64,000 nt of DNA from an uncultured bacterium. Lineage in GTDB: Bacteria > Fidelibacterota > Marinisomatia > Marinisomatales > UBA1611. Of this stretch, positions 50,217 through 58,700 are shown one piece after another (positions within the stretch are counted from its first letter, which is position 1; each line of letters begins with the position of its first letter). The notes beneath the pieces are model-generated. The model was not told the DNA's origin. It was given only the letters and a program-made list of their open reading frames with translations, and made no database searches. The stretch spans positions 4,061 to 68,060 of the forward strand of contig CBFIBM010000007.1 of NCBI GenBank assembly GCA_965660855.1, in the 5' to 3' direction. The translations under genes were made by a program, and so were the position numbers.

Positions 50217-50428
50217 ATTTAAAAAAAATAGTTTAAATAAATATTTTTTATAAAAATATAAAAAAGGTTATTTTTATACTCAATTTATGAAAATTAGTAT
50301 GATATAACTTTTATAAATCTATAAATTTTATTCTACAATAGAAGATATATAAATTCAGTTATTTTAATATCTAATAATTTAATTTATATTAAGATTAATT
50401 ATAATAGTGTGCTAAATTTAAAAGGTTT

Positions 50429-51148
50429 ATGAATATTTGTATAAAAAATAATATAAAAAATTTTAAAGAAGTAAATTATTTAGAATTATTTGAATCAGTA
50501 AAAAAAAGTAATTATAAACATAATTTAGAAAACATGAAATTCTCTGATACGATATTTAACTTTAAAAGATATCTCAAACCTAACTTGAATGAAATCCAAT
50601 ATGCAAATCTTGATCAGTTACCTAATCTTAATGAGGATATTGAGAGAACAAGAAGAATCTATAAAAGGATTCAAGAATTCATACCAAAGAAAATTTTGCA
50701 CATACAATCAGAGAAAATCACATTAGATAAACAATCCTTTCGATTAACTATTCAACAGTATAAAAAGTCTAATTCTTTGATAATGGATAAATTAAAAAAA
50801 TGTAAAAATCAATCTAAAGAATATAATATAGAGATAAAACATAGGATACGATATGTATATAAGATCTATTCTTATGTAATACCTTCACTATACATAATTA
50901 AAAGACCATCATATAATGTGGTCCAGTGTAAATGGAAGTTTATGGGGTTAGTTCAAAAACAAATCCATTTAGGGACATTTAAAAAAGTAGGTTCTTTAAA
51001 TGAGGAAATGTTAAAAAACATATCTATAAAAAAAATTAACGAAAAGTATAACGGTTTCTTTGATAACCTATTATTAAAAAATATTCTTTTGGAAAAGAAA
51101 AAATTAACAAAATGGTGTAATGATATTAATTATAGATCAAAAAAATAA
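50429..51148 (+). CDS. orphan basic protein, possibly DNA-binding
   Basis: 239-aa ORF, Lys-rich, one Ala; stop 2 nt from the MTase stop (convergent). Confidence 0.6.
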   Translation: MNICIKNNIKNFKEVNYLELFESVKKSNYKHNLENMKFSDTIFNFKRYLKPNLNEIQYANLDQLPNLNEDIERTRRIYKRIQEFIPKKILHIQSEKITLDKQSFRLTIQQYKKSNSLIMDKLKKCKNQSKEYNIEIKHRIRYVYKIYSYVIPSLYIIKRPSYNVVQCKWKFMGLVQKQIHLGTFKKVGSLNEEMLKNISIKKINEKYNGFFDNLLLKNILLEKKKLTKWCNDINYRSKK

Positions 51149-51150
51149 TT

Positions 51151-52569
51151 TCAATCAATTTTCAATGAGTTATTTATCCTTCTAATGGACAATTCAACAA
51201 ATCTTTTATTTAATTCATAACCTATAAATTTTCTATTCAGTTCTAAAGAGACTATTCCGGTTGTACCACTTCCTGAAAACGGGTCTAAGATGGTATCTCC
51301 CTTTTTTGATCCACAATTTATTGGTAGGTGACATAATTCTTTTGGAAATACAGCTATATGTTCAATGTTTTCCATTCCAATCTTTTTACCAATAGGTTTG
51401 GAATGTTTAGATTGTTCAATAAAATCCAATGGGATTTTACCTTTGCTGTTCTGTATTATTGATGTGTGTCTTTGAAATTTATCCTGGATAGTATAATGCC
51501 TAGGACTTTTAACTTGAATAGGATTTTCCTGTTTGTAGGGAACTCGAATTGAATCTGCATCGAAAAAATAATTATTTTTTTTTGTAAAAAAAAATATGAA
51601 TTCATTTGATGTACCAAGTCTTGTTTTGACAGATTCTGGTTTTGGGTTAGTTTTATGCCATATAATACAATTTCTTTGTATCCATCCATTTCTCATCATT
51701 TCTATTGCAAATTGGTGAGGTATACTTGATAAACATCCATTAATATATGTATCTCCAATAACAACCCAACAAGAACCATCATCAGATAAAACTCTGTAAC
51801 ATTCATTGAAAACTTCCATTAGGTTTTCAATGTATGCATTTACCGTATCTTCTAACCCGATTTGATTTTTATTACCATAATTCCTATGTGAATAATATGG
51901 TGGGGAAGTTAGAATCATATCTATGGACCTATCCTCCAAATCAGACATGTTATTTGATGATTTATTAAAAATTTTAAAATCTTCATATTGAATTCTATCT
52001 GAGTCGTTTGAAATTTCTTCATTTTTAATAGTTTCTCTAATTTTTTTTCTTTTAGCTTCAATATAAGATTGATTTATAGTTAGACTTCCTTTATCAATTA
52101 AATCAATGAGTGTTGGAAATACTTTATCTATATACATAAGTTTGTAGATTTTATCACCACTAATACTTAATTTTTTTGATAACTTTTCTCGATTTCCACT
52201 TCTGTTGATATCAACAGAAGTTAAATCTGATCTAAAACCCTGTCTTTTTTTATAATATTTTGATAATATTTTTATCTCATTCAATATTTCTCTTGATGTT
52301 TTTACTCTTTGTGAGTTATGTGATATTATATGTAGAGGTTCGTCTTCTAATTTCAAGTCTTTTATGACAACCTCTACCTCTTTAATATTAAGAGATCTTA
52401 ATGCTTCTAACCTCCGGTTACCACTTAAGACCTCATTTTTTTTATTAATAACTAATGGTTCTAAAAGTCCAATTTCTATAATGGATTTCTTTAAAGTTTC
52501 AATATCAGATAATATATAAACCTTAGAATTGAATGGATGATGTTTTAATTCTTTTAAATTGATTTTCAT
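51151..52569 (-). CDS. ParB/Srx N-terminal domain + HTH fused to beta-class N4-C/N6-A DNA methyltransferase
   Basis: LKKSI..IGLLEPL...SGNRR (ParB); TSPPY (motif IV) precedes LDPFSGSGTT (motif I); HIAVFP. Confidence 0.9.
   Translation of the reverse strand: MKINLKELKHHPFNSKVYILSDIETLKKSIIEIGLLEPLVINKKNEVLSGNRRLEALRSLNIKEVEVVIKDLKLEDEPLHIISHNSQRVKTSREILNEIKILSKYYKKRQGFRSDLTSVDINRSGNREKLSKKLSISGDKIYKLMYIDKVFPTLIDLIDKGSLTINQSYIEAKRKKIRETIKNEEISNDSDRIQYEDFKIFNKSSNNMSDLEDRSIDMILTSPPYYSHRNYGNKNQIGLEDTVNAYIENLMEVFNECYRVLSDDGSCWVVIGDTYINGCLSSIPHQFAIEMMRNGWIQRNCIIWHKTNPKPESVKTRLGTSNEFIFFFTKKNNYFFDADSIRVPYKQENPIQVKSPRHYTIQDKFQRHTSIIQNSKGKIPLDFIEQSKHSKPIGKKIGMENIEHIAVFPKELCHLPINCGSKKGDTILDPFSGSGTTGIVSLELNRKFIGYELNKRFVELSIRRINNSLKID
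52198..52221. repeat. 24-bp perfect palindrome ACTTCTGTTGATATCAACAGAAGT inside the ParB-MTase gene
   Basis: self reverse-complementary; in frame, encodes residues 117-124 TSVDINRS. Confidence 0.95.
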
Positions 52570-52884
52570 TTTATAATTTTTGTAATTAGTACAACTGTAA
52601 TAATAAATTGAAACTAAAAAAAATGCTAGATAATAATAACTAAAAATTTGGAGTAATATTCTTTTATCTTTAATTAATTTTATTAAATAATAAAAATTTA
52701 AATACGAATTTAATTGGATTTTATTTTATCTTGAGAGATAATTTTTTATAAATATATTTCTTTATAAATCATTATATATTAAGATTTAGTTATTCAAAAT
52801 ATCTAGATTTTCAATGAAAATGAACCCCAAAAGATCTCTATAAGATTTTCTATTATATTGATTAATTTTGATCTTCGATTAATA

Positions 52885-52899
52885 GCCTCGAAATGAGGC
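52885..52899. terminator. short hairpin, possible terminator/regulatory site
   Basis: GCCTC-gaaat-GAGGC in otherwise GC-poor DNA, ~310 nt beyond the yidD-like stop; no long U-tract. Confidence 0.3.
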
Positions 52900-53208
52900 A
52901 TTACACAGAATTTTCATTTATTAGATTTTCGATAAAATAATTAGAATCATTGTATAAAAATCTAATAAAGATGATATGAATAAATTTTTAAACTATTTTT
53001 TAAAAAAATGGGATTTATAAATTTTTTGAAAAAATTAATAAATTAGGATTTCTAATTTGATAAATGAGATATACTTTTTCTATATTTTATTTAAAATATA
53101 GAAGTAACTTTTTGTCAAAAAGTTTATCATTAAGAAGAGTGAAAAAAAATAAATTGTTGTCCAATTTAATTGTATTATACAACTAAAAAAAATTATTGAT
53201 TTGAAATT

Positions 53209-53844
53209 TTAATTCTGGATATTTAAAGGCACTTGATAATATTTTGCTGACCTCCATCCACCATATATTTCACCTAAGTAAGTGTAAAAACAAATTCCAA
53301 TAAAGATTGGTGTAAGAATTTTATTATCGCTTCTTATTAAATTGTATGTAGTTGACCCATAAAGAAAAAACGACCAAAGACCGGAAATTCCATCAAATTT
53401 TCGACCTGCATAAAACCTTCCAGATCCAGGAATTAAAGTAGAAATAAGAGCTGCTAAAATTGGAGATTTATTTGAATGAATGTTTGATTTAATTATTACA
53501 GGGTCGATTATTCTTCCATCATTAGCATGAAAGGGTCGATTTTGTATTAATTGATAATGATATGCTCTAGGATTACATCTAGTAATCCTTTCCGATGCAA
53601 TTACCCCACCTCTTATAATTCCATATTTGTTTATAGCATCTGTTCCATAATTTGAACAACTAGGATAGAACTGACAATTAAATAAATTTGTATTGTAAGA
53701 AATTCTCTGCCATCCAGCAATTGGGATAAGACCTATTTTGTTCAATAACGAAACATTAGGTGATTTAATTAGAGAATCTGCTGGATATTTTTCTTGGGAT
53801 AAAATAAATGAAAAGGTTATTAAAAAAAGGATTAATTGTTTCAT
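53209..53844 (-). CDS. YidD-like domain fused to a C-terminal membrane domain
   Basis: CQFYPSCSNY...RITRCNP (YidD); SPILAALISTLIPGSGRFY. Confidence 0.75.
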   Translation of the reverse strand: MKQLILFLITFSFILSQEKYPADSLIKSPNVSLLNKIGLIPIAGWQRISYNTNLFNCQFYPSCSNYGTDAINKYGIIRGGVIASERITRCNPRAYHYQLIQNRPFHANDGRIIDPVIIKSNIHSNKSPILAALISTLIPGSGRFYAGRKFDGISGLWSFFLYGSTTYNLIRSDNKILTPIFIGICFYTYLGEIYGGWRSAKYYQVPLNIQN

Positions 53845-53906
53845 GATAAAAATTAGTTATAAATAGTTTAATCTTAAACCTGTTAGTTTTTTAGATTTAA
53901 GGTGTT

Positions 53907-54233
53907 ATGGAATCCATTATAGAAACAATATTTTCTAATTCACTCTACATATTCATCACTGGGTTATTATTTTTATTTATTATTTATACCCTAATTAAAA
54001 AAATTTTAAAACTAACATTTTTTTTCTGCTTGTTATTATTTTTTTATTTATTGTACGTATATCATTTTAGTGGTGAATTTCCTAAATCCGTTGAAGAATT
54101 AAAAGAATCAGTTTCTAAAAATGCTGATAAGGTTAAAAATATTGCCACAGAATCAATTGATGAAGCAAAATCTAAAACTTCAAAAATTATTGAAAAGAAA
54201 GTTGATGAGAAAATAAATGAGATTTTTGAATAA
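53907..54233 (+). CDS. membrane hypothetical protein
   Basis: two TM helices plus charged coiled tail. Confidence 0.65.
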   Translation: MESIIETIFSNSLYIFITGLLFLFIIYTLIKKILKLTFFFCLLLFFYLLYVYHFSGEFPKSVEELKESVSKNADKVKNIATESIDEAKSKTSKIIEKKVDEKINEIFE

Positions 54234-54241
54234 AAATATTT

Positions 54242-54493
54242 TTAGGGTATCAGATTAAATAAAGAGTTCATTATTTTATACAGGATAATTGAATATATAA
54301 AAGCTAATGATAATAATGATCCAGGACTTATTCTTAATTGGACTCTATATTTACTGTATTTTTTCTTTTCATCGTATATACTTATAAGACTTTGTAAAGA
54401 TATTTTACTTAAATAGATACAAATCAAATAAATAAAGATTAAAATAATATGATCGCTGAAGGAAAGGGAATATAACCATTCTGATAAATTCAT
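54242..54493 (-). CDS. small two-TM hypothetical protein
   Basis: ORF coupled to the Nudix stop; two hydrophobic helices. Confidence 0.6.
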   Translation of the reverse strand: MNLSEWLYSLSFSDHIILIFIYLICIYLSKISLQSLISIYDEKKKYSKYRVQLRISPGSLLSLAFIYSIILYKIMNSLFNLIP

Positions 54494-55113
54494 AATATTT
54501 CCTTTAAAATAAATTTAAATTCAGAAATGATTAAAGAAGTTGCACCCCATATTTTTTGACTTTTTAAATGGAAATATGGAACAAACGCTTTTCTTTTATT
54601 AAAATATCGTATCTCACTTTTTAAGTTCTGCTCATTGAGTAGATCTTTGATTGGAATTGAAAATATTTTTGAGACTTCTTCTTTTTGAAGGATTATATTA
54701 GGTTTTTTATTAATCCATCCAATGAATGGATATACTTTAAAATTAGAAATTGGAACATAAATAGGTGTTAGTTCACCAATTATTTTAATGGACTTAGATT
54801 TTATACCAATTTCTTCATAGGATTCTCTTAAAGATGCGTTTTCTGGTGATTCCTCTTTTTCAACCATTCCTCCAGGTAAAGAAATTTGACCTTTATGATT
54901 AGCGACATGTTTAGATCGTTTTGTTAAAAAAAAATTCCATCCTGATTGATCTGGAAATAAACAGATTAAGACTGCTGCAATAGATGAACCTGTCAATGGT
55001 CGACTATTTTTTTTAAGATCTTTAAACCTTACTTTCATTATATCATGAGATTTCTTTCCGGGTAAATCTTTCATTAGTTGCTGATTTAATGAATTAATAA
55101 ATGTGTCAGTCAT
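54490..55113 (-). CDS. Nudix CoA pyrophosphatase (NudL-like)
   Basis: AAVL, HKGQISLPGG, LRESYEEIG, IWGAT; start moved to ATG 55113. Confidence 0.9.
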   Translation of the reverse strand: MTDTFINSLNQQLMKDLPGKKSHDIMKVRFKDLKKNSRPLTGSSIAAVLICLFPDQSGWNFFLTKRSKHVANHKGQISLPGGMVEKEESPENASLRESYEEIGIKSKSIKIIGELTPIYVPISNFKVYPFIGWINKKPNIILQKEEVSKIFSIPIKDLLNEQNLKSEIRYFNKRKAFVPYFHLKSQKIWGATSLIISEFKFILKEIL

Positions 55114-55159
55114 ATCTTTTAAATTATTTAATTTTGATTCAAATTGATAAACAATAAAA

Positions 55160-55798
55160 ATGAAATATAAACATATAATTTGGGACTGGAATGGCACATT
55201 ATTAGATGACTGTAAGGTTTGTGTAAAATCATTTAATCGGAGCTTAAAAAAAAGAAATCGTAGACCAATTAGTCTGGATAAATATAGATCAATTTTTACT
55301 TTCCCAGTAATAGACGCTTATAAAAAAGTAGGTTTTGATTTTAAAAAAGAATCATTTTCAAAAGTAAGTAATGAATTTGTTGAATTTTATGAAAAAAATT
55401 TTAAGAATGTATCTCTACATAATAATGCAAAAGAAATCCTTGAAAAAATAAGGTTACAAAATGTTACTCAATCTATTTTATCTGCTGGGAATCAAGATTT
55501 ATTAAATAATTGGTTAAACCAACACAAAATTTTCAAAACATTTCAAAATGTAGTTGGAGTCCAAAACCAACTTGCAAATGGGAAAATTGACCAGGGATTG
55601 AAATTAATAGAAAATTTAAAATTTAATAAAAAAGATATTGTTTTGATTGGAGATACTATACATGATAGTGATGTTGCTAAAAAAATGGATATTGAGTGTA
55701 TTTTAGTAGATCATGGTCACGTAAATAATAAACGTTTAATAAAAACTGGCAGGAGGGTATGCTCTAATATTAATAGTATTTTTGAATTAATAAACTGA
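55160..55798 (+). CDS. HAD family hydrolase
   Basis: WDWNGTLLDD, IGDTIHD. Confidence 0.92.
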   Translation: MKYKHIIWDWNGTLLDDCKVCVKSFNRSLKKRNRRPISLDKYRSIFTFPVIDAYKKVGFDFKKESFSKVSNEFVEFYEKNFKNVSLHNNAKEILEKIRLQNVTQSILSAGNQDLLNNWLNQHKIFKTFQNVVGVQNQLANGKIDQGLKLIENLKFNKKDIVLIGDTIHDSDVAKKMDIECILVDHGHVNNKRLIKTGRRVCSNINSIFELIN

Positions 55799-58700
55799 GT
55801 CGGATATTTTTAATACATCATAGATGTCTATTTTCAGGTTATAATCTAAATCTGCAACTAAGAACTCTTCTGGGGTTAAATTATTAAATCCTAAAATTGA
55901 ATTTGAGCATAATAAAATATCTAATAAAGATACTACACCATCACCATTTATATCACCTCTATTATTCAAAATGATATTTGGATCTATTGCTATTACTGTA
56001 ATTGAAGACTCGTTCATTTCATCGTTTAATCCTGAAATTAAAAGATTAACCTCGTAGACTCCCGGTTCATTGCAATAAAAGTAAGGATCATCAGAATTTA
56101 AAATTATTTCATTATTAAAGGTCCAAGATTTATCTCCAACAGGGCCAGTAGATTCATCAAAGAAATAGAAAAAATCAGGTATCATAATTATTTGGTTAAC
56201 AACTTTTGGTATTGATACGAGATTAGAAAATGAACCAAATGTAGTATTTTGAAGTTCTATCTTATCTTCAATTTCTGAAAACTGATCTGTATATATCTGG
56301 ATATAATTATAATTATTAGGGTGAATAAAGTCTAATGGAAAAGATGGAAAAGGCATTAAGGAATCCCATTCAATTAAACCGACATCATCAAACCATGAAA
56401 AACTAATTCCGGTATCAGGTACTGAACTATTTAATCTAATATCAAAGAACTCAGCATTATCGGGGATAGAAATATTTTCCCAATATTTACGCCAAGGTGA
56501 ATCACCATTAATAGAATCTTCTAAGGAAATCGTTTCAATATTGTCACCAGTCCTGTTTATAGAACTTCGAAATTCAAGGGTAACATTTTTACCGTTATTC
56601 GTTTTGAGATATCCATGTAAAGTATATTCTAATTCGTTTTTTATAGGTATTTTTTCTTCAAAATTAGTGACAATATTTCCAGGAGAATCAGCATATCTTA
56701 TATGCTGAGCAGCTGCATCACCTCTCCTAAAAACAGAATCTTGTATTCCTTCATTTGGACTATTAAAATTCCAAAGAGTACTACCTTCATTTTCAAAGTT
56801 ATTCATCCAAACTTTTTCTTTTCCTAATCTGTAATAAATAATATTTAAGTCACTATTTAAAACTCGAGATAAACTTCCTGCATTAGATAATTTTATTGGT
56901 ATGGACTCATAAAGTTCGATGCCATTTATCGATAAAGTATCTTTACTAGTTATCAATTTATTGTAATAAAAATTATTGGATTCCATTACGGTTGTATCCA
57001 TAATTACATGAGCAATATTCGAATCTATATTCACATGTACATAAGTATCTAGTTTTCGTGATTTGTTTGCAACATCATTCAATATATAGTTTCCTAACTC
57101 TCCAGTAGCAGGTTTCGTTAAATAATCATCAATATATAATGGAGAAATAGAATATTCGTAAATGCCTGTATCATTTGATTTACTGTTTAGAATCATAGAG
57201 GGGTAAGTCTCTGGATAATTTAAATCAAATATGAAATTACCAAGAGAATGTGCAATTAACTTTTCATTGTAAACTTCGACACCCTGTATAATATGAGGGT
57301 GATGTACAATAACAAGATCAGCTCCTTCATCAATTGCAAAGTGACGGATAGCCCTATCCCACATTTGAGGTTGATCTAACCTTGTGGAATAATCCTCTTC
57401 TTCATCCAGATATGTTGTACTAAAACCTAAATTACTTGCAGGGTTGGATTTAATTCGAGCAAAATCATCCCTACTAGATGTATAATAATCATAATCACTA
57501 CCAGGTTCAAAGGAGTACTCGCTTCCACTATGAAATTCTATGACTATTAAATCAGATATGTCTTTAACAGATTCAATCTGTTTTCTTATATAATAAGGTG
57601 TCATATATGCAAAACCAGATTTATTTTCGCCAGCATTTAAATAAGGTTGATAATTATTATATTGTCCGGTTCGATCACTTGAAGCAAGAAAAGAGATTGT
57701 TCTTCCATTAACTGATTTAAATGCTGGAAGGTATGCTTCTTGACTATTTAGTCCAGCTCCAGAAAAAATTATACCCGATTCTCTTAAAACATCTTGCGTT
57801 TGAATTAAACCAGATTCCATATAGTCTAAGATGTGGTTATTAGCAATGCTTACAACATCAATTCCTGCATTAACCATGGCATTTACGCTATTAGGGTTTG
57901 CTTTAAATACAACACCTTTTGTTGGGTGAGGAGTATCATGGTTTGTTAAAGGAATTTCTAAGTTTGCTACGGTTATGTCAGCTGCAGAACCAAGAATTTC
58001 ATATGTAGGCTCAAATAAAGCATCTGCACCTTGATTTGTAACGATTCCATCTATATCTTCAAATCGTCTTCCTAACATGATATCTCCAATGAAGTTCATG
58101 GTAATAGCAGATGTATTACCATTTATGGAATCTAAAACTATATCTTTGGAGTCCCAACCTATAAGGCCAGTTTCGTCTTCTACAACAAGAATAACTTTAT
58201 ATTGTATATTTTCTTGAGAATTAAATTGATGAATAGGGTTCTTTAAATTAGAATAATTTCCATCTCCAAAATCCCAATTATATGTAAAAAATTGAGAGTC
58301 CATATCTTCAATTATAGAAGAAAATGAAAAAGAATTTCGTGTATGTGAAGTTATTATATTAATATTATTTGTCTCAATTCTAACATTGGGAGGTATAGGC
58401 AAGTCTGATGTTATATTTCTAATAATGCTAAATCGAATACTCCCTGGATTTGATAGTGAATCATCGTGTTCATTGACGAAAGTAATTTTTGTAATCACAC
58501 TTAAACTATCATAAATAGACAACCAATCATCTCCTAAAGGCAGTCTATAAGAATTCCAATTGCTATTTTGGAATGCTCCTTGATAAACAGGTATCCAGTC
58601 TTCAATATTTAATAATTCAGTTCCAGAAAATGCATATCTGAGAATTTTATTTTCTGAATTTTCAAATAATACTCCTTGTATTTCAGATATACTATCAATT

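Larger units (their letters stand above)
48180..53200. mobile_element. AT-rich, GpC-depleted foreign/decaying island (no integrase seen)
   Basis: ~2.3 kb and ~0.6 kb ORF-free AT-rich flanks around two Ala-poor genes, between FKBP and yidD-like genes; boundaries approximate. Confidence 0.6.

Noticed and set aside
48275..50414. TAGCAC/GTGCTA as CIRCE (HrcA) elements
   Set aside because: They match the CIRCE half-site core but never occur as an inverted pair with a 9-nt spacer, and no chaperone genes are adjacent.
48133..50428. CRISPR array in the non-coding tract
   Set aside because: No regularly spaced 23-47-bp repeats and no cas genes.
48245..52888. TAGCCT at both island ends as att/target-site duplication
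   Set aside because: Only 6 bp, and the AT-rich DNA extends beyond both copies.
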